Origin: Fibrobacter sp.
GTDB taxonomy: Bacteria > Fibrobacterota > Fibrobacteria > Fibrobacterales > Fibrobacteraceae
Direction: 5' to 3'
Length of the DNA: 64,000 nt
Assembly: GCF_045131395.1 (NCBI RefSeq)
Contig: NZ_JBGUQY010000024.1
Coordinates: 86,069-150,068, forward strand
The position numbers and the translations under genes were made by a program. How positions within the stretch are numbered: position 1 is the stretch's first letter; each line of letters begins with the position of its first letter. A model generated the notes under the pieces. The model saw only the letters and a program-made list of their open reading frames with translations, was not told the origin of the DNA and did no database searches. Below are positions 9,825 through 18,968 of this stretch, one piece after another.

Positions 9825-10958
9825 TCAAAAGCAGACGTTCATTTGTAGAACTTGCTCAATCACAGGAGCCATATCAAAATACTTATACAGACCTAGACGT
9901 CCACCAAAAATGACATCTGTTTCTTGATTAGCCAATTTACGATACTCCTCCGCCAAAGCATTATTGCGGTCGTCATTTACAGGATAGTACGGTTCCAACC
10001 CATCTTTATATTCTGTTGAATATTCTTCTGAAATTACTGTCTTGGGACAATCATAAACAGCCTGCCCAAACATTTCAAAATGCTTATGTTCAATAACACG
10101 AGTATAAGGCTGGTCATGCGACGTATAGTTTACAACAGCGTTTCCTTGGTAATTCGGGGTATTTTCGATGCGCGTTTTAAAGCTCACCGTGCGCCATTCA
10201 AGTTTTCCGAGCTTAAAGTCAAAATATTCATCAATGGCACCGGTATAGACAAGCTTATCCGCAACATTACGCCAATTGTCCTTATATTCTGCGAAGAAAT
10301 CCACACCCGTACGGGTTTCAACACCATTTAGCAGACCATTAATAAGCTTGTTATATCCACCAATAGGAATTCCCTGATAACGATCATTGAAATAATTGTT
10401 ATCAAAGACTAATCGCACCGGGAGGCGCTTGATAATGAATGCTGGAAGGTCCTTACAGTTTCGGCCCCATTGTTTCTCTGTGTATTCCTTAATGAGTCTC
10501 TCGAAGATATCCTTACCGACTAGCGTCAACGCCTGTTCCTCAAGATTAGCTGGCTCACATCCATTTAATGCAGCCACCGCATCCGCCTTCTGTTCTTCAA
10601 TTTTTGCCAAGGCTTCTGTCGGAGTAGTCACCCCCCACATCTGGTAGAACGTATTCATATTAAACGGCAGGTTATAAAGTTTTCCCTTATAATTTGCCAC
10701 AGGGCTATTAGTATATCGGTTGAATTCCACAATGGAATTCACGAAGTCCCATACTTGCTTATTATTGGTATGGAAAATATGTGCACCATACTTGTGAACG
10801 TTAATGCCTTCTACATTTTCGCAATATACATTACCACCGAGTTGTGGGCGTTTGTCTATAACCAAGCATTTTTTTCCAGCACAATTAGCGCAATATGCAA
10901 ATGTGGCTCCAAAAAGGCCCGAGCCGACAATGAGGTAATCATAATGAACAGGTTTCAT
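9825..10958 (-). CDS. glf: UDP-galactopyranose mutase
   Basis: YDYLIVGSGLFGATFA...DKRPQLGGNVY...HKYGAHIFHTNNKQVWDFVN. Typical Glf length (377 aa). Confidence 0.9.
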   Translation of the reverse strand: MKPVHYDYLIVGSGLFGATFAYCANCAGKKCLVIDKRPQLGGNVYCENVEGINVHKYGAHIFHTNNKQVWDFVNSIVEFNRYTNSPVANYKGKLYNLPFNMNTFYQMWGVTTPTEALAKIEEQKADAVAALNGCEPANLEEQALTLVGKDIFERLIKEYTEKQWGRNCKDLPAFIIKRLPVRLVFDNNYFNDRYQGIPIGGYNKLINGLLNGVETRTGVDFFAEYKDNWRNVADKLVYTGAIDEYFDFKLGKLEWRTVSFKTRIENTPNYQGNAVVNYTSHDQPYTRVIEHKHFEMFGQAVYDCPKTVISEEYSTEYKDGLEPYYPVNDDRNNALAEEYRKLANQETDVIFGGRLGLYKYFDMAPVIEQVLQMNVCF

Positions 10959-10981
10959 TTTTAAGTCCTTTCAGAATTCGT

Positions 10982-12118
10982 TTAATTAGAATCAATTGAT
11001 TCAAAGATGACTCTATTAAAAGAATCAACACTATGTTCCTTGTAATAATTGTTTGAAACCGAAGGCAACTGTAGACATAAAGTTTTTTTTATTGATTCTG
11101 GCGTTATTTCATCAAGAACAATTCCCAATGAATATTTTTTTATAATTTTCCCAATCATTGCAAATGCGGGGCCAATCACAGGCTTCTTAAAAAAGGACGC
11201 ATATCCAACGACTCCACTGCTTTGTGCTGCACTTTTATAAGGAATCATTATTGCATCACAAGAAAGACACAAATTATTTAAAAACTCATAAGAGCAAAAT
11301 TCATCAAAAACCTTAATTCGACTATAATTTTTATTATTCTTCAATACTTCGTAAAAATCTTCGCGCATCTTTGAGTTTACTTTACCCGCAAAAATGAAAA
11401 ATTTATTCTGAGCAATTTTTTCAGGAAGCATATTAATCGCTTTCAACAATTCTATCGTACCCTTTCTATAATCCATAGCCCCAAAATGCAAATAAACAAT
11501 ATCATCACTATTTATAGGAAATTCATTTCGAATCAAAGACAATTTACTTTTATCTATATCGGGAACTGGGTCAGGTAAATATTTAAATTTTCTTGATTTA
11601 AATTTTTCGTTCAGTAATAAAGTCATTTCTGAATCATTTAATATATAAATCCGTTCAACATTAAAATGCTTGGAAATAATTGCATATCTAAGATTTTCAA
11701 GAACCAAGCGAAGACCTCGAAATTTCACCTTATTGTACAAATAGATACTATAAACAATACCACTTACCAAAACCCCTTTAGGCAAAAAAAATGGTAAAAA
11801 GGGCATAAGCTCCATAAACATAACCAACCATACACGATCAATCTGAAACTCTTTAACATATTTACGTATTACAAAAGACATTCTCCAAGCACTTTTAAGT
11901 AGTTTTTGATCTTCGGAAATTTTCTGTTCTTCATCATTTAAAAAAACAAATTTGATATTATTTGTTTTTTCCCAATGAAACTTATCTTTCACCTGATCAA
12001 AGTCTTTATTCACCAAGAAAAAAAATTCATTTGAATTCAAGCAAGCTTCAGAATACCAATGATGCAGATATTCTAGATGATGACCTACAACTTTATTGTC
12101 ATAAATAAGAATTTTCAT
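10982..12118 (-). CDS. glycosyltransferase (GT-B, family 4-like)
   Basis: C-terminal GT1/GT4-like region (FIFAGKV...IMIPYKSAAQSSGVVGYASFFKKPVIG). ATG at 12118 (MKILIYD). Confidence 0.65.
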   Translation of the reverse strand: MKILIYDNKVVGHHLEYLHHWYSEACLNSNEFFFLVNKDFDQVKDKFHWEKTNNIKFVFLNDEEQKISEDQKLLKSAWRMSFVIRKYVKEFQIDRVWLVMFMELMPFLPFFLPKGVLVSGIVYSIYLYNKVKFRGLRLVLENLRYAIISKHFNVERIYILNDSEMTLLLNEKFKSRKFKYLPDPVPDIDKSKLSLIRNEFPINSDDIVYLHFGAMDYRKGTIELLKAINMLPEKIAQNKFFIFAGKVNSKMREDFYEVLKNNKNYSRIKVFDEFCSYEFLNNLCLSCDAIMIPYKSAAQSSGVVGYASFFKKPVIGPAFAMIGKIIKKYSLGIVLDEITPESIKKTLCLQLPSVSNNYYKEHSVDSFNRVIFESIDSN

Positions 12119-12135
12119 ACACACTTCTCTTGAAA

Positions 12136-12639
12136 TTACAGTTTCTCTTCAGATGAACTTGTTTTAAGAATCCTATTAAAGCCAACAACAGTCATATTAT
12201 CAGGAACATTTTTGGTAACAACGCTATTAGCGCCAATCCTCACATTATCGCCAATTACGATATCTCCCAATATTTTTGCACCAGCACCAATATAAACATG
12301 ATTACCAATTTGAGGAGCATTCATAGGATTGCATTTATGCTCATTTGCACCAATTGTCACCTGCTGAAATATAGTGCAATATTCACCCAACGATGCATTT
12401 TCATGAATAAAAATTCCGTTTAAATGAGGCATTCTAGCCCCCCCCCCAATGGCCCCAGTTTCTATTCCGATACCTCTAGCCTTCCAAATGAGAGAAATTG
12501 CTATTTTTGCTATGATTTTTAAAATAGACAATCCCGATGAATATTTTGTACGATAGCACCATAAATAAGCAACAGTTGTCTTATTGTTTCTATTACATAT
12601 TTTATCCAATTTAAACCTTTTACATTGAACTGAATTCAT
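12136..12639 (-). CDS. hexapeptide-repeat O-acetyltransferase (LbH)
   Basis: Hexapeptide repeats: IGANEH..APQIGNHVYIGAGAKILGDIVIGDNVRIGANSVVTKNVP. ATG at 12639 preceded by GGAGG. Contains an in-frame G10 tract. Confidence 0.7.
   Translation of the reverse strand: MNSVQCKRFKLDKICNRNNKTTVAYLWCYRTKYSSGLSILKIIAKIAISLIWKARGIGIETGAIGGGARMPHLNGIFIHENASLGEYCTIFQQVTIGANEHKCNPMNAPQIGNHVYIGAGAKILGDIVIGDNVRIGANSVVTKNVPDNMTVVGFNRILKTSSSEEKL
12438..12447 (-). repeat. homopolymeric G10 tract (C10 on plus strand) inside the acetyltransferase CDS, in frame
   Basis: Read directly: ...tctagCCCCCCCCCCaatgg... It encodes I-G-G-G-A in ORF 12136..12645. Confidence 0.95.
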
Positions 12640-12665
12640 ATTCAAGCCTCCAGAAAAGCGTTAGT

Positions 12666-12832
12666 TTATTTTTTAAATTTTGCTGGATATCCAGCCCATA
12701 TTTCATTGGCGGATATATTCTTGGCAACAACCAATCCAGCGCCATTAAACTTGAACAGGCTTACGAGCTCCAATGATGCAGATATTCCAAATTATGACCT
12801 ATAGCTCTATTATCATAAATGAGAATCTTCAT
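12666..12832 (-). pseudogene. gene remnants: glycosyltransferase 5' fragment fused to acetyltransferase 3' fragment
   Basis: 12832->12763 reads MKILIYDNRAIGHNLEYLHHWSS*, compared with MKILIYDNKVVGHHLEYLHHWY of the intact gene at 12118. 12746->12666 reads NGAGLVVAKNISANEIWAGYPAKFKK*, a typical LbH acetyltransferase C-terminus. Confidence 0.6.
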
Positions 12833-12940
12833 ATTCTAATGTCGCAAAAAATACATTAACAAAACTCTTATTTATTCAAAACATTCCTTTTTACATTTTT
12901 GTCTGCGTCTTAATATAGATGCAAACATACTATTCAACAA

Positions 12941-13990
12941 TTATATATGAACTATATCCTTTGAATTTTGAAAAAATATATCACGAATTTTGGTTCTTAT
13001 AAAGCTACGCAATTTCATCGGATTAACAAGATTCGGAATCCTCTTTATCAAGCCCTTCTGCTTCTTTTCAAATCCCGGATGTTTTAAAATAAGGACGTCA
13101 AGACCAAATAGTTTCTTAAGCATATTTTTCTTCTCATCAACTAATCGCAGATAACTAGGATACAAAGCATCAACTAATTTATCATCCACACGCCTGTTGT
13201 CTGGATACAGGTTGATTCTAACAATTTTTTTTTCAATATACTGAACATTTTCAAAATGGTAAAAAATTAAAGGCCAATTTTTTTTTCTACATTCAACAAC
13301 AATCTTATCATCAGGTTGTTTCTTGATGTATTTATATTGCGAAAAATTCCACGGAGCAACACCAGCCCCCAAAAGCTCCGTTTCAATACAATATGAATAA
13401 TCTTCACACCAATTATCTAAATATTTTTGATCTCCCCAATGAACACCATCATCTGCAGCAGAACAACATTCTAAACATTGTTGTCTCCAAATATCTACAA
13501 GTTTCAATCCGTTTTTATCATTTTTAAAAGCATTAAATTCAACACAATATTTACCAGAAATCCATTCACGTAATTTTCTTTCCGATTTGCAAAATCGATG
13601 ACCAACAACAAGAACAGATGCATTTTTTGCTTTCATTTCATCTATAAGGACTTGAGGGTCAGAATAAAAATACATGTCAGCATCAATATATGTACAATAT
13701 TCGGGTTTATAGGTCATTAGCACATATCGAATCAATGATGACGAACAAGTCCAGCAATATTCTCCAACTTTTCGAGTTGGCTTGACGCGGAGCAATTCTT
13801 CATCTTCGAAATCAACAAGTTTTATCGGCTTCATATGAGGATAATTTAAAGCTGTCAGAATTTCATAACACTTGTCACTCATTGCGAGTACATAAAGTTC
13901 AAATTCATCACAGACTTTTTCGAGAGACTCATACATAGCAAGCCCCTTATCCAAATAATTATGGTCGAATAGAGTGCAGAGTGTTATCAT
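12941..13990 (-). CDS. putative GT-A glycosyltransferase (DxD type, GT8-like)
   Basis: N-terminus ITLCTLFDHNYLDKGLAMYESL and a DxD-like YIDADMYF. No firm family call. Confidence 0.55.
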   Translation of the reverse strand: MITLCTLFDHNYLDKGLAMYESLEKVCDEFELYVLAMSDKCYEILTALNYPHMKPIKLVDFEDEELLRVKPTRKVGEYCWTCSSSLIRYVLMTYKPEYCTYIDADMYFYSDPQVLIDEMKAKNASVLVVGHRFCKSERKLREWISGKYCVEFNAFKNDKNGLKLVDIWRQQCLECCSAADDGVHWGDQKYLDNWCEDYSYCIETELLGAGVAPWNFSQYKYIKKQPDDKIVVECRKKNWPLIFYHFENVQYIEKKIVRINLYPDNRRVDDKLVDALYPSYLRLVDEKKNMLKKLFGLDVLILKHPGFEKKQKGLIKRIPNLVNPMKLRSFIRTKIRDIFFQNSKDIVHI

Positions 13991-14001
13991 AGCAAATTCC
14001 T

Positions 14002-15114
14002 TTATGCAAACGAATTAAGGGCTTCGACGACTTTTTTAGCCTGCTCTTGCGTTATGGCTTGGTTCATCGGGATCGAAAGTTCTTGTTCATGGATTCGTTC
14101 CGTAATGGGGAGCGTCAGTTGAGGCGTGTTCCAAGCTTCTGAGCTGTAACATTCCTGCTTGTGTGGCGGAATCGGGTAATGGATCAGCGTGCCGATGCCG
14201 CAATCGGTGAGGTGCTTTTGCAGGTCGTCGCGACGTTTGCAAAAAACGGGAAACTGGTGATAGACATTATTTTTATCCGGGATGCGCTCGGGGAGTGTAA
14301 TCAGCGGGTTCTTGATATTTTCGTAATAATAGTGTGCGAGCTTTTGACGCTTGGCGTTGTCTTCGTCGAGATATTTCAGCTTGACATCGAGCACGGCGGC
14401 ATCAAGTTCCGACATACGGCTGTTCATGCCGACATATTTGAACACGTATTTCTTTTGGCTTCCGTAGTTAGCGAGGGCACGGATGACTTTGGCAAGTTCC
14501 TCGTCGTTTGTCGTCACGGCACCGGCATCGCCGAAGGCACCAAGGTTTTTGCCCGGATAGAATGAATGTGCAGCCGCATCTCCTAGCGAACCTGTCTTTT
14601 GACCGTTCCATTCGCACCCATGGCTTTGGGCGCAATCTTCCATGAGTTTCAAGTTGTGCTTGCGACAGATTTCACCAAGTTTGTCGTTGTAGGCGACGCG
14701 CCCGTAAAGGTGGACGATCATGATGCCCTTTGTCTTGGGCGTGATGGCATCTTCGATTTTGTCGATGTCAATTTCAAGTTTTTCCCAAGTGGGTTCGACC
14801 AAGACCGGGACAAGATTGTTTCTCGTGATGCCTAAAATGGTGGCGATGTATGTGTTTGCGGGGACGATAATTTCGTCTCCATCGTGCAGGACGCCCATTT
14901 CTTTGTATGCCCGCATAACGAGGTACAGCGCGTCTAAACCGTTGGCAACAGAAATGCATTGGCTTGAGCCTATATACTTGGCGTAATCAGCTTCGAATTG
15001 GGCGATTTCCTTGCCTTGTAAAAACCAGCCGGAATCAATGACGCGATTTGCAGCAGCTTTGTATTCGTCACCATGCTGCATCGTGACAGCTTGAAGATCA
15101 AGAAGTTTTACCAT
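14002..15114 (-). CDS. DegT/DnrJ/EryC1-family sugar aminotransferase (FdtB/QdtB-like)
   Basis: Typical DegT layout ([27 protein letters not shown]). It sits in the same locus as the FdtA-type isomerase gene (16160..17062), separated from it by the acyltransferase gene at 15149..16176. Confidence 0.85.
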   Translation of the reverse strand: MVKLLDLQAVTMQHGDEYKAAANRVIDSGWFLQGKEIAQFEADYAKYIGSSQCISVANGLDALYLVMRAYKEMGVLHDGDEIIVPANTYIATILGITRNNLVPVLVEPTWEKLEIDIDKIEDAITPKTKGIMIVHLYGRVAYNDKLGEICRKHNLKLMEDCAQSHGCEWNGQKTGSLGDAAAHSFYPGKNLGAFGDAGAVTTNDEELAKVIRALANYGSQKKYVFKYVGMNSRMSELDAAVLDVKLKYLDEDNAKRQKLAHYYYENIKNPLITLPERIPDKNNVYHQFPVFCKRRDDLQKHLTDCGIGTLIHYPIPPHKQECYSSEAWNTPQLTLPITERIHEQELSIPMNQAITQEQAKKVVEALNSFA

Positions 15115-15148
15115 ATAATTAGTCCTTTATTAGTTTAATAATTACCCG

Positions 15149-16176
15149 TTAAATCTGTCCTATAATAAATTTGAGATGTTTTGTATTAATCAAAAAGGCC
15201 AATATAAGACAGCTCATTACAGTTAACAAAAATGTTACAATAGCAGTTCCAAAACAGTACATCCAATCATTGTCATATATACGGAATACGCTTAAAAGAT
15301 TGCGTAAAATAAATATATGGAATAAGTAAACGACAATTGAATTTTTCCCAATATATTCAAGAACATTATTAATTTTGATTAGCTTGCTTAACGTAATGAT
15401 AGCAAGAGTTCCCAAAAATGAAAAATATAGATACAGTGGAATATCAGCAAAGGAAACCTTAAAACCATAATTTAGAACAGGAATTCTTATATTGAAAACA
15501 TTGAACACAATGAATGTCAAAATCAACAAAAATATTGAACAACACTCAAAAATGGATATAGGTAATTTTCCTAATCTTTTTTCTTTTGAAAAAATTTTGT
15601 CTTTTGCAAGTAATCCTGCAACCAAAAAAATAGACATCGCTAATGCGTGTTGATGACACCATATATTGTATATGTTAAAATCATGTAAAAGAAAGCCTAT
15701 AACCATAGCCCCCCCCCTGCAATTAACTTAAGTTTTGTCGGTTTGCAGTACCGATTCACAGTCCAACATATTAAACGAGATAAAAAAAGCGAGGTAAGAA
15801 ACCAGTCGTTCCCTAACAACAGAAATCTTTTTATTGGAATAAAAAATAACTTTAATGAAAAACCTTCATGTATTAGTGAAACTATATCTAAAAAACTATG
15901 TATTGCAATAGCAGGGAGAATAATAGTTTTAAAGGATGTTTTTAGAAAAACAATGAAGGGTTTATTAAAGTTGCTGCATAAGCCCGTTGCAATAAAAAAA
16001 GAAGCCATAAACCAACAGCAATAATACCATTTCAAATCATCATACGAAATCCAAAAATCATTGCTAAATCCTTGAGATATTGCGTTTTGAGGGATATGAT
16101 GAAAAACTACTAACAATATTAGCAGTCCCTTCATTATATCAACCCAATGGATTCTTTCTTTATTTTGTTCGGACAT
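15149..16176 (-). pseudogene. acyltransferase-3 family membrane O-acyltransferase, split by a frameshift at a G9 tract (possible phase-OFF state)
   Basis: ORFs 15697..16275 and 15149..15706 are both polytopic and together match the acyltransferase_3 length (~342 aa from the ATG at 16176). The upstream frame ends ..IAGGGLWL*. One extra G gives ..AGGGAMVIGFLLHD, which continues into the downstream ORF. Confidence 0.75.
15709..15717 (-). repeat. homopolymeric G9 tract (C9 on plus strand) at the frameshift point
   Basis: Read directly: ...aaccatagCCCCCCCCCtgcaatt... Confidence 0.95.
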
Positions 16177-17062
16177 ATTTCTTAAAGTCATCATAATTTC
16201 GAATATAATCGTCTTCAGAATATCCATGAGACGCAAGTACCAGACAAATGGATCCCGAAGAAAAGCCTTGTTCACTAGCCCAAATTCCTGGAGGGACGTG
16301 TAGGCCCCAGAATGGTCTGTTCAATTGGACTGTGCGTTTATTTGTGCCGTCGTCCAAGACAACTTCGAACGCACCGGATGCTGCGATGATGAACTGGTGA
16401 CACTCCTTATGAGCATGAGCTCCACGATCTTCGCCACCGGGAATATCATAGGAATAAAAAACGCGATTTATCGGAAATGGCAAATGCACGTTCTCATACA
16501 TAAAGGTCAAGTTTCCTTCAGGATCGTGCATTTTATTCAATTCACAAAGAGAACAATCAAAAACACTGTGGCCTTCTGTAAGCATGTGTTGATTCAATGG
16601 TTTAATGGCATGAACAGAAGTCTTTGAATCAGGAGAATAAGTTTGCTTGTTTGAATTTTTTCGCCATTGCTTGAATTCCTCATAATTCATGATGTAATCA
16701 TTTTCATCATATTCTGTAGAAGATAACACCAACGCTAGGGAATTTGTAGAAAAATTCGTCATAGTGCGCCACATCCCCTTGGGGACATGAAGACCAAAGT
16801 AAGAACGATTGAGCGGAAATGTTCGCTTATTCACGCCATCGTCCAAAATCACATCAAAGGATCCAGAAAGAGCGACAATAAATTCCTCGTTTTCTTTATA
16901 GGCGTGCGCGCCACGATCTTTACCACCAGGGACATCATAAATCCAATAAGCCCTTTTTATTTCGAAAGGAATTTGCTTATTCTGTTCAATAATAGAGAGA
17001 TTGCCTCTCGGATCTTCAATTTTGGGAAGCCCCAAAATTTGAGCATCATATACTGTAGCCAT
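16160..17062 (-). CDS. tandem double FdtA/WxcM-type cupin (dTDP-4-oxo-6-deoxyglucose 3,4-oxoisomerase-like)
   Basis: Two ~135-aa copies of the FdtA fold. Copy 1: PKIEDPRGNLSIIE...DRGAHAYKENEEFIVALSGSF..DDG. Copy 2: HDPEGNLTFMYE...DRGAHAHKECHQFIIAASGAF..DDG. Confidence 0.8.
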   Translation of the reverse strand: MATVYDAQILGLPKIEDPRGNLSIIEQNKQIPFEIKRAYWIYDVPGGKDRGAHAYKENEEFIVALSGSFDVILDDGVNKRTFPLNRSYFGLHVPKGMWRTMTNFSTNSLALVLSSTEYDENDYIMNYEEFKQWRKNSNKQTYSPDSKTSVHAIKPLNQHMLTEGHSVFDCSLCELNKMHDPEGNLTFMYENVHLPFPINRVFYSYDIPGGEDRGAHAHKECHQFIIAASGAFEVVLDDGTNKRTVQLNRPFWGLHVPPGIWASEQGFSSGSICLVLASHGYSEDDYIRNYDDFKKYVRTK

Positions 17063-17065
17063 GGA

Positions 17066-18568
17066 TTATTCCTCTTTGTCAGTCATTTCATTGTAATTTT
17101 TAATGGCCTGTTCGTATTTGTCTTTAAAAGCCTGCGTATTTACTGATTTCAGCAGATTGCTTATTTCGTCAATGGATTCGCAGTGCGGGAATCCTAATTT
17201 TGTCATATCTTCAAAATAATTTCGATGCCCGGTCACATTGCATGAACAGAAAATAATACCTTTGAAGCCGGCATCAATCATAGATACAGAATGTTCTCCA
17301 AAAACAACATCAACATCTTTAAGGTCATCCTCAAAAGAACTTCTTTTGTATGAGAGCACAAATTGTCCATTCTGCATTGTATTGGGCATATTTCCAGACA
17401 ATTTTAGATTGGGTAAATTTAAATAGTCAAAATATGTTGCAGCTCGATTTATGGAATTGACCCCCTGATGTTGAGGATGAACCCATACTGGATGACAGCG
17501 ATAGACAAATTCAATATCGGGAAACATCGCTGCGACTTTTCCAAAAAGCCACATCATCATATCCTCGTCACTTCGGTTTTTTATTGCAGTCCAATCCCCA
17601 GCACCGCTTGCGACGCACAAAACTTTTTTGACTTTTGACGGATATTTAGCTTCAGGCAAATATAATTTTTTTCGAACAGGCATCACACAGCTTTTCAATT
17701 CATGGTACTTGAATGTATTTTGTCCCATCACATCCCACGTATAGAATTCCGTTCCCGGACCAAAATAGTAAAGATACTTGCTAGGATAATTTGGCGGCAA
17801 ATACCCATCCTGAATTTTTTTCGTATTAAAATTAGGATGGTCAGGCAGATTCCAATGAGAATCCTCATGCAACGAAGTCATACGAATCGTTTTATTTTTG
17901 GGCATAAAGTTAAACAACCTAATGCTATAGAATTCTGCGACATACTTCAAATTTTCTAATTTAGACGTTTTCATCCATCTCAAATCAATGCGATATCCGA
18001 TTCTGTTTAGGCTACCAAAAAAAAGATACTTTATACCATTTGATTTTGATTTCCAAATATCAGACTTAAATATTCCCTTAACAAAATTCAATTGACTTCT
18101 TATTATACCAAATACGCGGTTCAGCCTTGATTTTGGGCAGGGACAGCAGTCCGCAACATGGTAATAACGACATTCCGACTTAACAAAACCGTTCTGCAAC
18201 CAAATAGAGTCTTCTATTCCTAAATCATCACAAACAAGGATTCTATTGGAGCAAGGGTATTGCGCCAACAAGTTTTTAATGATTCGTTCATTCTTTAATT
18301 CCTTAATTTTCGCATAATAAGCACCCAAATTATGAGGAGGAGGAACAAAAGCCTCTTCATCACATTTTTGGCGTTCAGCATCCGACAAAAGTTTTGCAAA
18401 ATTTATATAATTGCACTTTATACCAAGCGCTTTATCGATTATTTCAGTTTCATTTTCAAAAACGAACTGCGTAGAAACGATTAGCGTTTCTTTACCAACT
18501 AAAAGAGACCTTAATGCAGATAGAGATTCTAAAACAACATTTTGTGTAATAACAATAATATTATCCAT
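17066..18568 (-). CDS. hypothetical 500-aa protein, function unknown (possible phospho- or glycosyl-transferase by context)
   Basis: Long clean ORF whose start overlaps the stop of the upstream TagD-like gene by 8 nt. No motif recognised. Confidence 0.5.
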   Translation of the reverse strand: MDNIIVITQNVVLESLSALRSLLVGKETLIVSTQFVFENETEIIDKALGIKCNYINFAKLLSDAERQKCDEEAFVPPPHNLGAYYAKIKELKNERIIKNLLAQYPCSNRILVCDDLGIEDSIWLQNGFVKSECRYYHVADCCPCPKSRLNRVFGIIRSQLNFVKGIFKSDIWKSKSNGIKYLFFGSLNRIGYRIDLRWMKTSKLENLKYVAEFYSIRLFNFMPKNKTIRMTSLHEDSHWNLPDHPNFNTKKIQDGYLPPNYPSKYLYYFGPGTEFYTWDVMGQNTFKYHELKSCVMPVRKKLYLPEAKYPSKVKKVLCVASGAGDWTAIKNRSDEDMMMWLFGKVAAMFPDIEFVYRCHPVWVHPQHQGVNSINRAATYFDYLNLPNLKLSGNMPNTMQNGQFVLSYKRSSFEDDLKDVDVVFGEHSVSMIDAGFKGIIFCSCNVTGHRNYFEDMTKLGFPHCESIDEISNLLKSVNTQAFKDKYEQAIKNYNEMTDKEE

Positions 18569-18968
18569 GGATTTTTTCCCTCAACATAGAAGAACTAATG
18601 CCTTCCGTATGGGACAAATACTCAATTTTAGCACCATACTTCGCAAACTCTTCTTCGTATTTTTTGTATAGTTCCGTTCCCTTCCATTCATCACCATGAA
18701 ACATCACATCAAAATGGCGTTTTTTCAAAAAAATCAGTTTGTCCATCGTTGTCTGCGGAACAACTTCATCAACATACTTTATTGCCTCAACTATTGCAGC
18801 ACGCTGTTCATATGGAATAATCGGTATCTTGTGTTTGTAGGACTCTACACATTCATCAGTCGAGACGCCAACAATAAGATAATCGCAATGTTCCTTTGCT
18901 CTCTGCAATATGTTAAGATGACCGATATGGAACATATCGAACACGCCAGTAGTGTATCCTATAATCAT
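18561..18968 (-). CDS. glycerol-3-phosphate cytidylyltransferase-like (TagD/HIGH family)
   Basis: IGYTTGVFDMFHIGHLNILQRAKEHCDYLIVGVSTDE in a 135-aa protein. Confidence 0.8.
   Translation of the reverse strand: MIIGYTTGVFDMFHIGHLNILQRAKEHCDYLIVGVSTDECVESYKHKIPIIPYEQRAAIVEAIKYVDEVVPQTTMDKLIFLKKRHFDVMFHGDEWKGTELYKKYEEEFAKYGAKIEYLSHTEGISSSMLREKIHG

Noticed and set aside
13225-13286. A9 tracts (T9 on plus strand at 13225-13233 and 13278-13286) and other A/T runs of 8-9 nt (for example 7408-7416 and 11085-11092) as phase-variation tracts
   Set aside because: A/T homopolymers of this length are expected in such AT-rich DNA, and all of these are in frame. Only the G/C tracts stand out against the composition.
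15697-15706. Treating 15697..16275 and 15149..15706 as two separate small membrane proteins
   Set aside because: Together they reconstitute one acyltransferase_3-length protein, and the break coincides exactly with the G9 tract. A single frameshifted gene is the simpler reading.
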